From contig OZ247587.1 of the NCBI GenBank assembly GCA_965233865.1, forward strand, positions 896,001 through 960,000: a stretch of DNA of 64,000 bases, given 5' to 3'. Made by a program: the position numbers and the translations under genes. A model generated the notes under the pieces. The model saw nothing but the letters and a program-made list of their open reading frames with translations. It did not search any database and was not told the DNA's origin. The DNA comes from Candidatus Neptunichlamydia sp. GTDB lineage: Bacteria; Chlamydiota; Chlamydiia; Chlamydiales; Simkaniaceae. The stretch's first letter is position 1. Every line of letters begins with the position of its first letter. Positions 9,374-19,302 of this stretch are shown here, one piece after another.

Positions 9374-10624
9374 TTGCAACCAAAAAGATACTCGAAAGAT
9401 CAACACGGTATCGATATCCGACATATCGATCCCAAGGCCCTATATATTTTGGAAAAATTGCGTGCATCTGATTACACTGCCTACCTAGTAGGTGGAAGCG
9501 TGCGCGATCTGTTACTGGGAAAGAAACCCAAGGATTTTGATATTTCCACGTCAGCAAAGCCTGAAGAAATTAAACGTTTATTTCCTAGCTCAATTCTCAT
9601 TGGAAAACGGTTCCGCCTCGCTCATGTCCGGTTTGGGAAAAAAGTGATTGAAGTCTCTACCTTTCGCTCTGGAGATATCGAAAATGAACAGCTCATTACA
9701 GAAGACAATATTTGGGGGTCTCCTGAAGAAGATGTCTTAAGACGAGACTTCACCATCAACGGTCTTTTTTATGACAGCAATACCGAAGAGATCATCGATT
9801 TTGTTGGGGGGTACCCTGATATTGAAAAAAAACTACTTCGAGCAATTGGCCAGCCTTTTCTCCGTTTCAAACAAGATCCCGTCCGAATGATCCGCTGTCT
9901 AAAATTTCAAGCTCGATTTGGACTAGAGGTAGAGGAAGAGGCGCGTCTTGCTCTCATCGACTGCAAAGGAGAAATCTTAAAGAGCGCACAAGCCCGGGTA
10001 CTCGAAGAAATGCTACGCATGTTGGAGTCTGGAGCTTCAAAAAACTTCTTCCGCTTGATGACCGACCATGGTTTGATGCAACAACTCCTTCCCACCATTG
10101 CTGAATACTTAGAAACACAAGAAGGAAGTGAAATCTACTCCTATCTAAGCGAAGCTGACGGCACGCTTAAAGAACCTCATAACCCCAATCTTGAACGCCC
10201 TGTTCTCCTTGCTTGTCTTGCCTTCCCACTTCTCGAGAAGCATTTGAAGGTACACTTCACCGATCGAGACAAAATTCCTCACCTTGGAGATATTTACAAA
10301 GAGGCCAACACTGTTATTGATGAAGTTTTTCATACCTTTTTCCAAATCCCCCGTCGTTTGAAGATTAGAACACTTAGTATTTTGATTTCACAGTTTCGAA
10401 TTACCCCTTTCCAAAAGAAAAAAAACATGCGAATCCGCATCCCTCGTGCCCCTGAATTCCATCTAGCCCTTCAGTTTTTTGATCTTCGCTGTCGTTTAGA
10501 GCCAGGACTTCAAGAACTTCACAAGCTGTGGAAAGAGGCTTATGAGAAAATTGCAGACACTCTTCCATCCCCACAAAAGCGGGGAAGGCGCTCCCATCGC
10601 CGAAACCCTCGGCCAAGAAAATGA
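9374..10624 (+). CDS. pcnB: Poly(A) polymerase I
   Basis: LVGGSVRD, KDFD, PAP signature LIGKRFRLAHV, RRDFTING, DPVRMIR, Arg-rich tail; likely TTG start at 9374 after TAAGGA (ORF track gives 9296). Confidence 0.9.
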   Translation: MQPKRYSKDQHGIDIRHIDPKALYILEKLRASDYTAYLVGGSVRDLLLGKKPKDFDISTSAKPEEIKRLFPSSILIGKRFRLAHVRFGKKVIEVSTFRSGDIENEQLITEDNIWGSPEEDVLRRDFTINGLFYDSNTEEIIDFVGGYPDIEKKLLRAIGQPFLRFKQDPVRMIRCLKFQARFGLEVEEEARLALIDCKGEILKSAQARVLEEMLRMLESGASKNFFRLMTDHGLMQQLLPTIAEYLETQEGSEIYSYLSEADGTLKEPHNPNLERPVLLACLAFPLLEKHLKVHFTDRDKIPHLGDIYKEANTVIDEVFHTFFQIPRRLKIRTLSILISQFRITPFQKKKNMRIRIPRAPEFHLALQFFDLRCRLEPGLQELHKLWKEAYEKIADTLPSPQKRGRRSHRRNPRPRK

Positions 10625-11319
10625 GATTGCAAAAGGCTGACGATCATGCACTTTTTATTGGCCCTCCGCTAGAAGAAGGTCCTTTGCCAGCCCTTTTTTA
10701 CTTCGCTCTTTCTGCAGAAGATAGCTTAGGACGAGATCCCTACAACCAACCTGCTCAGTTCTTGCAAGGATTACCCATACGGATTTTTTCAATCACACTT
10801 CCTGCTCATGAAAACAACTTTCCCCCTGAAAAAGCAATGACTGTTTGGGCCAAAAGAATTAAAGGAGGCGAAACTCTTATTCCTCCTTTTATCGCAAACG
10901 TCAAAAAAACTGTAGAGAAGCTAAAACCCCACTTCACAAGTTGCGCCGTTGCAGGCCTTTCCAGAGGGGCTTTTATCGCTTGCCACCTAGCTGCTCTTTG
11001 CCCAGAATTTACGCATGTTTTGGGGTATGCTCCTTTAACCCAACTGGACTACGCACCTAATTTCAACCTCGAAACCCTTTCTTCTAAGCTGTTCAACCGC
11101 AAAATCCGCTTTTACATTGGGAACCACGATACACGGGTAGGAACAGAGCACGCCTTCTCCTTTATTCATGCCCTTGCAAATGAAGCCAACAACAACAGGA
11201 TACGCAACGCGCCTATTGAAATGATCATCGGATCATCGATTGGATACCAAGGGCATGGAACCAGTCCTAGCGTCTTCCAATCAGGTGTTGATTGGCTAAA
11301 AAAGGAACTATCGATATGA
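10621..11319 (+). CDS. Alpha/beta-hydrolase fold protein (putative esterase)
   Basis: Nucleophile elbow AGLSRGAF, IGNHDTRVG and GHGT; overlaps pcnB and lpxB by ATGA. Confidence 0.65.
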   Translation: MRLQKADDHALFIGPPLEEGPLPALFYFALSAEDSLGRDPYNQPAQFLQGLPIRIFSITLPAHENNFPPEKAMTVWAKRIKGGETLIPPFIANVKKTVEKLKPHFTSCAVAGLSRGAFIACHLAALCPEFTHVLGYAPLTQLDYAPNFNLETLSSKLFNRKIRFYIGNHDTRVGTEHAFSFIHALANEANNNRIRNAPIEMIIGSSIGYQGHGTSPSVFQSGVDWLKKELSI

Positions 11320-12449
11320 ACGACGACCTCTTTATTTTTGCCGGAGAAATCAGCGGAGATTTGCATGGAGAAAAACTCTTGAAAGAGCTCTATTCTGCCT
11401 ACCCTAATCTCAAAGTTAGAGGAGTGGGGGGCCCAAAAATGCGAGCAGTCGGGATGGAATGCGTCATGCCTATGGAAGAGTTCCAAGTTATGGGATTTAT
11501 CGATATCCTTTCCTCTCTTCCAAAGCTCATCAAACACTTTAAAGCAATTAAGAAGGATATTCTTACCCACCCCCCTAAAGGAGTGGTGACGATCGACTAC
11601 CCAGGCTTTAACCTCAGATTAGCAAATGCTCTTTTCCAGAAAAACTCACCAGCAAAGCGCATCCATTATATTTGCCCAACTGTTTGGGCTTGGGGAAAGA
11701 ATCGGATTCCAAAAATAGAACACTCCATTGATCGCCTTTTAACAATTCTACCCTTTGAACCCGACCTTTTTTCCAAACACCAGGTCGATGCTACGTATGT
11801 TGGGCATCCCCTTATTGCGCGTATAAATCGCCACCAGTACGATCCGAGTTGGAACCAAGCCTATGGAATTGACAGCGAACAACCGATTCTCTCCATATAT
11901 CCTGGAAGTCGCAAAAAAGAACTCCTTCGCAATTTACCCCTGCAGATCAAAGTGGCAAAGCAAATTCAAAAGAATCATCCCGATCTTTTGATTGCTATCT
12001 CTTGCTCTGATGAAAAATTCCTTCCTTTTCTAGAAAAAGAATCAGGAGATCTCCTAATTATTCGGCAAGAACACTCTTATGAGCTCATGCGAGCCTCTCA
12101 TCTTGCTATTGCAACCTCTGGGACAGTCACTCTAGAGCTGGCTCTCCACAAGATTCCTACAGTTGTAACCTTTGCGATCAACCCCCTAGATGTCTTTTTA
12201 GCGCAGCATATTTTCCGTATTAATCTTCCCCACTATGCCCTTCCAAATATTCTCTATCATGGAGAACTTTTCCCTGAGCTTTTTGGGCCAAACCTTACAG
12301 AAGATGCTCTTTATAAAAAGGGGAATGACTTCATGCTGAGCGAATACAAGCGCTTAGAGTGTATTGAAGGTTGCAAGAGACTAAGAAACCAACTTGGAAA
12401 ACAAGATGCGAGCAAAGAGGCTGCCCGCGCCATCCTTGAACTTATTTGA
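11316..12449 (+). CDS. lpxB: Lipid-A-disaccharide synthase
   Basis: AGEISGDLHG, IDYPGFN, PTVWAW, ILPFE, YVGHPL, PGSR, SGTVTLE. Confidence 0.95.
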   Translation: MNDDLFIFAGEISGDLHGEKLLKELYSAYPNLKVRGVGGPKMRAVGMECVMPMEEFQVMGFIDILSSLPKLIKHFKAIKKDILTHPPKGVVTIDYPGFNLRLANALFQKNSPAKRIHYICPTVWAWGKNRIPKIEHSIDRLLTILPFEPDLFSKHQVDATYVGHPLIARINRHQYDPSWNQAYGIDSEQPILSIYPGSRKKELLRNLPLQIKVAKQIQKNHPDLLIAISCSDEKFLPFLEKESGDLLIIRQEHSYELMRASHLAIATSGTVTLELALHKIPTVVTFAINPLDVFLAQHIFRINLPHYALPNILYHGELFPELFGPNLTEDALYKKGNDFMLSEYKRLECIEGCKRLRNQLGKQDASKEAARAILELI

Positions 12450-12697
12450 TTAAAACTCTTCCTCTTATTGCTCATGTGCCTTCAATGGAAGCGCATATCA
12501 ATTTTTCTTATAAAGATGAACGTGAAAATCCTCAAACTATAAGAAAATTAGGACCTATTAGTATTCCAGATTATCAAAAATTTCTGGAAGATTCAGTCAG
12601 AGAAAAAAAATTACCTTTGCCTAGTTATACGCACATGACAAGACTTTGGGACATAGCAGCAAGAGACTCAACATTAGTTCCGGCTCAGGACACGTAG
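12446..12697 (+). CDS. Hypothetical small protein
   Basis: ORF only, no motif; possible ATG start at 12485. Confidence 0.3.
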   Translation: MIKTLPLIAHVPSMEAHINFSYKDERENPQTIRKLGPISIPDYQKFLEDSVREKKLPLPSYTHMTRLWDIAARDSTLVPAQDT

Positions 12698-12704
12698 AAA
12701 CTAT

Positions 12705-13115
12705 TCAGTGAGTGTTTTCGTAAAGATCTAAATTCAAAGGTCTTGCTTGTATCTCTAGATAGTCAATGGGAAAGGATAGATGAGGAAGATCTTTAATAGA
12801 AACTTCTAAAGCCGTTGCTGCCGCAACTCTTACATATCCTGAATGTAAATAGTTAACCCTTGCGTATAAGGCTCTTCGAGAAGATTCTCTAACGGTAGTG
12901 ATGATTTCTGCATCCTTAGATAAGGGACCTAACTTTTGCAAAAAAGCATCAACAATGGCAGGGATCTTCTCAGACATTATCGGATTAACAATTGCATCAG
13001 AATGAAATTGATACAGTAGGCTTGCTTGCTCTGTAGTCGTTTTAGAAGAAAACAGCTCTTCGTTTTCCTTAATAACTCCCTGAAAAAGAATAGAAAACTC
13101 GCTTAACTTTCCATC
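12705..13115 (-). pseudogene. Hypothetical protein remnant
   Basis: The frame of ORF 12705..12977 stays open about 46 codons further upstream (DGKLSEFSILFQ...) to near the IS256 junction, with no ATG start. Confidence 0.35.
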
Positions 13116-13159
13116 TTATAGTTATAAAATCTTGCCGTTTTTCGAGGTTCGAGGGTATA

Positions 13160-13946
13160 GGGCCTTTGTCAAACATTTACCCTATCATCTTTTTTGATGC
13201 GATACATTACAAAGTCAGGGAAGGAAGCAAGGTGGTAACCAAAGCCGCTTATACCTGCTTAGGAATCAATATAGAGGGCTATAAAGAGATTTTAGGGGCC
13301 TGGATAGGTGAAAGTGAGGGGGCAAAGTTGTGGCTTCAAGTATTCACTGAGTTAAAGAATCGAAGTGTAGAAGACATCCTTATTGCGTGTATGGATGGAT
13401 CCAAGGGTCTGCCTGAGGCCTTGAAATCCGTATTTCCTGATACAGAAGTTCAGCTTTGTATCATCCATATGATTCGAAACTCTATCAAATATGTGCTCTC
13501 TAAACATGTCAAAGAGTTCTTAAAAGATCTCAAGGAAATTTACCAGGCCCCCACTGAGGCAAAAAGAGAAAGTCTTCTGCTTGCTCTGGGCGAAAAATGG
13601 GGAAGGAAATATGCTTTATCTGTCAAGCCTTGGATGACGCATTGGGAAAACCTGAAGACATTCTTCCAGTTTCCTGATGAGGCTCGGAGATTGGTTTACA
13701 CAACGAACGCAATGGAATCACTGCATAGGCAGTTTAAAAAAGTGACAAAAAATAAGGCAGTCTTCCCCTCAGACGAGCCTCTTTTGAAGATGCTGTATCT
13801 GGCTTCTGATGGAATACAAAAGAAATGGACAGTGCCTGTAAGGGGCTGGAAAGAAGCCATCTCATATTTTGGGATAGCTTACGAAGATAGGATCTCAAAA
13901 GGAGTTGAGGCCTAATGACCGTTTACACAGTTTAGATTACACTCCC
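13160..13946 (+). mobile_element. IS256-family element, 5'-truncated (C-terminal transposase at 13166..13915 plus right inverted repeat)
   Basis: PLSNIYPIIFFDAIHYKVRE, DG, QLCIIH, YTTNAMESLH (DDE, mutator family); right end TTTACACAGTTTAGATTACACTCCC. The N-terminal part and left IR are absent. Confidence 0.9.
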
Positions 13947-14606
13947 GGATTTTTTCAAATATTGCTCGATGCCAACGGCAATGGATTTAGCCATCTTCTC
14001 AACGTATCCTTTGTCAGAGAGATTGGAATGTTCTTTAGGATTCGTAATAAAACCTCCCTCAATGAGTATTGCTGGCATATAGGTTTCCCGAATCACATGA
14101 AAGTTTCCGTATTTTACCCCACGATTTTTTGCACCTGTGGCTTCGATCATCCCATGGAGAATGGTATCAGCAAGCTTCTTTGAAGCAATCTCCCGCCACT
14201 TGGATCCTCTATTATAATAGTAGATTTCAATCCCATGAGGATGGGTGGATTTATAGGCATTAAAATGAATGCTGATAAAGAGTTTGCTTTTCGTATCATT
14301 TGCAATTGCAGTGCGCTTTTTAAGCGGAAGAAAAATATCTCGGCTTCGAGTCAAAATCACGCGATACCCCTTCTCGTGAAGATATTTTTTCACAAGTGTG
14401 GCTGTTTGAAGCGCTAGCGCTTTTTCTTTGATGTTTTTTACTTGTGCTCCAATGTCATCTCCACCATGCCCTGCATCGATTACAATTAACTGCTTTCCTA
14501 GGGGTTGTTTTGAGGTCGATGCGGCTGCATACATCTCTTGATCAACTTGATTAGAGTGAGAACAAGAGGCAGCAATCGAAATGTAAAAAAATAAAAATTT
14601 AAACAT
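13932..14606 (-). CDS. amiA: N-acetylmuramoyl-L-alanine amidase (Amidase_3)
   Basis: IDAGHGG, EK, FISIHFNA, PAILIEGGFITN; lipoprotein-like N-terminus; lies downstream of murE, as in Chlamydia. Confidence 0.92.
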   Translation of the reverse strand: MFKFLFFYISIAASCSHSNQVDQEMYAAASTSKQPLGKQLIVIDAGHGGDDIGAQVKNIKEKALALQTATLVKKYLHEKGYRVILTRSRDIFLPLKKRTAIANDTKSKLFISIHFNAYKSTHPHGIEIYYYNRGSKWREIASKKLADTILHGMIEATGAKNRGVKYGNFHVIRETYMPAILIEGGFITNPKEHSNLSDKGYVEKMAKSIAVGIEQYLKKSGSVI

Positions 14607-14613
14607 ATCGCTG

Positions 14614-14643
14614 AGTTTACCAGTCTTTCTTATCTAGCGTCAA
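14614..14643 (-). promoter_or_regulatory. sigma66-type promoter of amiA (probably leaderless)
   Basis: TTGACG-18 nt-TAAACT with TG extension, 7 nt before the ATG at 14606. Confidence 0.55.
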
Positions 14644-14667
14644 ATGAGAAATTTCATAGACCAGGGA

Positions 14668-15534
14668 TATAGCTAAAATATTTCGTTTTAGTTATACTTT
14701 TTTGAATGATGTATTCATTAGATTTTAGAAAAAAGGTACTGTTGATCCGAAGCACAGAAAATTTAAGTTTTAGTGTAAGTGTAAATAGCATATTTCTTTA
14801 GTCTAAAAGGCTAGAGGCAAAGCGCACTAAAAATAGACCTGCAATAAAGATTGAAAGAGATCGCTTGATGGAGGATATCAAAAAATACCCTGATGCCTTC
14901 AACTATGAACGAGCATATCGTCTCAATGTAAGCCCTTCAGGTGTTCGTTGTGCCATGAAGCGGCTAAGAATTAGCTATAAAAAAAACACTTAACCATCCC
15001 AAGGTTTGCAAAAAGAAGAGATTTCTCTTCAGAGAAAAGATTGCAAGGTATGAATGCTTGGGAAAACCGATTGCATACATCGATAAAAGTGGGTTTGCCC
15101 ATGATATGCCCCGAACGCATGGTTACTCAAAAATAGGAGAGAGGTGCTTCGGCACCCATGACTGAGGAGCAAAAGGGAGGGCAAATGCAATAGGGGCGTT
15201 ACTTGGAACAAACCTTCTTACTCTTGCACTGTTTGATTGTAATATTAATACAGATGCCTTTAGCAGTTGGGCAGAGCAAGACTTGATGCCGAAACTTCCT
15301 TCTGAAAGCGTTTTGGTTATGGATAATGCATCGTTTCATAAAAGCAAATCTATGCAAGAAAAGATCGAAGCTGCAGGCCACATCTTGGAATATCTTCCCC
15401 TATATTCCCCAGATTTAAATCCTATTGAGAATAAATGGGCACAAGCAAAATCTAAACGAAGAAAATATCAATGTGGAATTGATGAACTTTTTAAGGAATA
15501 TTGCCTATAACTAAATTATATCAACTTAGCTATA
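14668..15534 (+). mobile_element. IS630-family element, copy 1 (decayed)
   Basis: Ends TATAGCTAA...TTAGCTATA (TA target); orfA YSLDFRKKV HTH; A8 slippery site; orfB VMDNASFHK, YSPDLNPIE; internal stops and a 21-bp deletion. Confidence 0.92.
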
Positions 15535-15618
15535 TAATGGTTTAAGTTCGTGGAACCCCACGAGTGGTTCTTATAGCGTGAAGATGAAACTATAGGTTAA
15601 AAGAGCAACCTAAGTTTA

Positions 15619-17046
15619 TCAATTTAAAGTTAAACTACTATAATGCTTTGTCGCTGCGTCATAAGCCACTTGCCTATCGTCAAAAGGAATTCTTCTTCCT
15701 CCAATTTTCTGAAAGAGCTCATGACCTCTTCCAGCAATGAGAACCGTGTCATTTTTCTCTGCCATAAAAATACCTCTCTCAATGGCTGAGCGCCTGTCTA
15801 CTTCAATAAGAGCCTCCTGCTTGAGACCTTTTGCAATTTCATTACAAATTTTCAAAGGGTCTTCTCCTCTAGGATTATCAGAGGTCACGATAACTTGATT
15901 GGAATATTTTTCTGCAGCCTCAGCCATTAAAAAACGTTTTCCTTCATCTCTTTCACCACCACAACCAAAGATCGTAATAATTTTCCCTCTTTTGATGCCT
16001 TCAAGCGTTTCGAGCACTTTCAAAAGCGCCTCAGGGGTGTGAGCAAAATCGACAAAAAGATGGATCTCTTGAGGATTTTTAATTCTTTCAAGCCGACCTG
16101 GAACCCCTGGAAAAGTTATAAGTTTCTTCTTTATTAAAGCAAGAGACTCTCCCTTTGACAAGAGCACAGCAAATGCAGCTAAAACATTATAGACATTATA
16201 CCGCCCAATAAGAGGAGATTCGATATTAATGACCCGGTTTTTGTAAAGCAAATCGAAGGTTGTCCCTTCTAGCGTAACAGAGATATTTTCCGCCCTGAGA
16301 TCAGCTACAGTATCGATAGCATATGTTATTCCTTCTCCAAACTTTTCAGCGACAGGATCATCCTGATTATAAATTGCTAGCTTCGACTGATCAAACAGCT
16401 TCAGCTTTGCGCCGAGATAGGCATCCATTGAACCGTGGTAATCAAGGTGATCTTGAGAAAAATTCGTAAAGACTCCCACATCAAACTCCATTTCTTCTAC
16501 ACGATTTTGATCAAGAGCATGAGAAGTTGTCTCCATGACTGCAGCCTTGAGTCCTTCTTCTGCCATTTCTTTTAAAATTTTATGATTTGTCACAACATCA
16601 GCCGTTGTTAATTGTGCGGGGAATCGCTGCTTTCCAATGATGGTTTCAATGGTCCCCATGAGCCCACATTTTGGAAGAAGGTGCTGAATCAAACATGCCG
16701 TCGTCGTTTTCCCATTTGTTCCAGTAATTCCAATTAAAAAAAGAGGGTTATTCTCCGTTCCATAGTAACGCTTTGCTAAAAAAGCTTCTAGCTTTGCCAC
16801 GTTGGGAGTCACAACTTGAACAATTCCTTGCAAGAAGGGATTATAAAAATCTGTGAGAACAGCGATAGCTCCTGTTTCTATCGCCTTGGGAATAAATGCC
16901 GTTCCATCAAAGGTCTCCCCTCGCTTTGCAATAAACAAGCTTCCTGGGGAAATAAATTGTGAATGGGAAGAAATTCCCGTCACTTCAATTTCGCGACTTC
17001 CTTTAACATCAACATCAAGGCCTTTGAGTAATTTCTTAAGTTTCAT
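15619..17046 (-). CDS. murE: UDP-MurNAc-tripeptide synthetase (mDAP-type)
   Basis: GITGTNGKTTT, DHLDYH, PGRLE, DFAHTP, FGCGGERD, DNPR; likely start ATG 17046 overlapping the ftsI stop. Confidence 0.95.
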   Translation of the reverse strand: MKLKKLLKGLDVDVKGSREIEVTGISSHSQFISPGSLFIAKRGETFDGTAFIPKAIETGAIAVLTDFYNPFLQGIVQVVTPNVAKLEAFLAKRYYGTENNPLFLIGITGTNGKTTTACLIQHLLPKCGLMGTIETIIGKQRFPAQLTTADVVTNHKILKEMAEEGLKAAVMETTSHALDQNRVEEMEFDVGVFTNFSQDHLDYHGSMDAYLGAKLKLFDQSKLAIYNQDDPVAEKFGEGITYAIDTVADLRAENISVTLEGTTFDLLYKNRVINIESPLIGRYNVYNVLAAFAVLLSKGESLALIKKKLITFPGVPGRLERIKNPQEIHLFVDFAHTPEALLKVLETLEGIKRGKIITIFGCGGERDEGKRFLMAEAAEKYSNQVIVTSDNPRGEDPLKICNEIAKGLKQEALIEVDRRSAIERGIFMAEKNDTVLIAGRGHELFQKIGGRRIPFDDRQVAYDAATKHYSSLTLN

Positions 17047-19010
17047 TCGTTCCAATTTTTGTAGAGTTCTTTGAGAACCTGCACTTCTCGGCTCCAATCT
17101 GCTTGCTCTGGGTCAGCATCGGGATGTCCCTTTGGAAATCCGTGAGGGTCATCGGGTGGAATGCCCAAATACTTGTAAGTTTTTTCCATAATACTCTTAA
17201 AGGCAGGGGCTGCGCACCTTCCACCAAAGTAAGTTTTTCCGATCCCAGGAAGGTAACGGTATTCAGGCTCATTAATCGCTACATAAAGAAGAAATTGAGG
17301 GTTGAAAGCTGGTGTAAACCCTACAAAACTAGAGTAATGATGTTTTTTCGAATAAGTTCCGTTAATGATTTTTTCCGTTGTTCCTGTTTTTCCTGCTTCG
17401 GTATGCCCTGAAATATTGGCGCGCCAGCCCACTCCTCCGGGTTTTGTTACGAATTTTAACGCATAAATGATTTCTCGGCTAATCCGAGGATTTAAAAGTT
17501 GCTCACCTCTCTCCGTTTTATGGGTATAAATCTCCTCCCCACCCTTCACAATTTTCCTGACCAGGGTAGGTTTCACAGAGTATCCTCCATTGGTCAGGAT
17601 AGCATAGGCGCGCAAAAACTGCACAGTGTTGCTAAGCATATTGTACCCAAATGAAAGAGAATAGGGAGTGATCTTTGACCAAAGGAATGTCTGGTCAACG
17701 CGAGGAAGAAGACCCGAACTTTCGCATGGAAGCTCAATATCTGTGGGAATCCCAAAACCAAAAACTTCCTCGAGTTTTTCGCGATACCACTGATCCCCAA
17801 GCGTGGCAACAATTCTTTGGACGAGCTTAGCACAATAGATGTTTGAAGATTTTTGCATTGCTAAATACATATTAAGGTAGCGGTGGTTCCCCACGTCTCT
17901 GATCGGATTTTTCCTGCCAGGGAAATTACCATCACTTACAGGAATCATGTCCTTTGGATCAAAGATAGGCTCTTTTCCTTGCTGAATCAGTTCTTCATTC
18001 GCAAACATTGCAATGGCAATCGTAATCGGCTTCATTGTTGATCCCAATTCAAAACAATCGGTAATCGCTGAAATTTTCGTAGCATCTGTTTTATCAGGAT
18101 CATTGTAATAGGAGCGGTAGTCCGAAGGATCAAAGAAGGGATATTGCGCTAAGGCATAGATCTCCCCTGTATTCGGGTTCATCATGACCGCCCATCCATT
18201 CTTAGCACCTGATGACTTCACAGCACGTTCCACTTCTTCCTCAGCAATTGCTTGGATATAATGATTAATCGTGAGGTAAACATCGGCGCCATCTTCGGGT
18301 TCGTTGACAAGAAGGCCCTCTTCCATCGAATTGCTAGGTGAGCGGAGAAGAAGCCGCTTCCCTGGCTTCCCCTGAAGATATTTATCAAAGCTAAGCTCAA
18401 GTCCACCAGTAGGAAGTGCTTGATGGCTTTCCAAATCTCGATCATCTTGCACAGTATGAAGAACCGGGCCAAGCAATTTCCCATAAGGGTAGGCTCGTTT
18501 GTAGTCTTCTTGAAAATAAAGAGCATTTCGAGGAATTTTTTTCCATCGAGCATAGGGGCGCCACCAGGCTAATAGCAGCTCTTTATCTTTCTCGGTAATC
18601 CACATCTTTAGTCGGCGACTGCGACAATGTTTTTCAAAGTGCGGCCGGATCCCATTTTTTTCTTTCCAATCGAGCGAAAGAAGTTCACTAACTTTATCTG
18701 AAATTTCGTCCCTTAGTCCTGGATAAATAGCAATGGGGTCAATGAAAAGATGATGTCTTTTTACATCAAAAACAAGAGGTTGAGCAGTTTCAATATGCCC
18801 TTCTTTAAGAGTATTATTCGCAAAAAACCGCCCCCTTTTGAAAGGTTCTGTTACTGAAAATTGGTGCTGGGCCCGTGCTTGGAGCGCCCATTTATTTCCC
18901 TCTATGATTTGCAGTTTATAAAACTGCAAGATGATGAAACAAAAGAGAATAAGCATTGCGATGGACAACGCTAGGAGACGACGTAGATCTTTTGCATCAA
19001 CTTCTTTCAC
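17043..19010 (-). CDS. ftsI: Class B penicillin-binding protein PBP3/FtsI
   Basis: N-terminal TM; SxxK (GSTMK), SxN (KSSN), KTG (GKTGT); position in the dcw cluster. Confidence 0.92.
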   Translation of the reverse strand: MKEVDAKDLRRLLALSIAMLILFCFIILQFYKLQIIEGNKWALQARAQHQFSVTEPFKRGRFFANNTLKEGHIETAQPLVFDVKRHHLFIDPIAIYPGLRDEISDKVSELLSLDWKEKNGIRPHFEKHCRSRRLKMWITEKDKELLLAWWRPYARWKKIPRNALYFQEDYKRAYPYGKLLGPVLHTVQDDRDLESHQALPTGGLELSFDKYLQGKPGKRLLLRSPSNSMEEGLLVNEPEDGADVYLTINHYIQAIAEEEVERAVKSSGAKNGWAVMMNPNTGEIYALAQYPFFDPSDYRSYYNDPDKTDATKISAITDCFELGSTMKPITIAIAMFANEELIQQGKEPIFDPKDMIPVSDGNFPGRKNPIRDVGNHRYLNMYLAMQKSSNIYCAKLVQRIVATLGDQWYREKLEEVFGFGIPTDIELPCESSGLLPRVDQTFLWSKITPYSLSFGYNMLSNTVQFLRAYAILTNGGYSVKPTLVRKIVKGGEEIYTHKTERGEQLLNPRISREIIYALKFVTKPGGVGWRANISGHTEAGKTGTTEKIINGTYSKKHHYSSFVGFTPAFNPQFLLYVAINEPEYRYLPGIGKTYFGGRCAAPAFKSIMEKTYKYLGIPPDDPHGFPKGHPDADPEQADWSREVQVLKELYKNWNE

Positions 19011-19282
19011 TTGAGGACCACCACTTTATTCACATATGGGTAGCGCAAATGAGAATACTCCTTTTCCCTTAGGAGTCCAATAAGACGACTTGGACTTTCC
19101 AAACGCTCAATTTCTAGACATAATTGATCATTTTCTTCCTCAAGGCTCCTCAGTTGTTTTGCAAGCTCCGGAATTTCCATTTTGAGTTCTGTTAGATCAT
19201 TTTGCTTATCAATGTATGTATAAAGAAATCCCCCAAGAGCAAAGATACAAATGAGAAGGCGGAATAGCAAACCTCGATTCAC
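19007..19282 (-). CDS. ftsL: Cell division protein FtsL-like
   Basis: Single TM followed by a coiled coil ending IERLESPSRL; lies between rsmH and ftsI. Confidence 0.78.
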   Translation of the reverse strand: MNRGLLFRLLICIFALGGFLYTYIDKQNDLTELKMEIPELAKQLRSLEEENDQLCLEIERLESPSRLIGLLREKEYSHLRYPYVNKVVVLK

Positions 19283-19302
19283 TTAGCGCCCCCGCGACAT
19301 AT

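Noticed and set aside
15548..15563. Small hairpin TCGTGG-AACC-CCACGA downstream of murE
   Set aside because: The 6-bp stem is too short to support a specific call.
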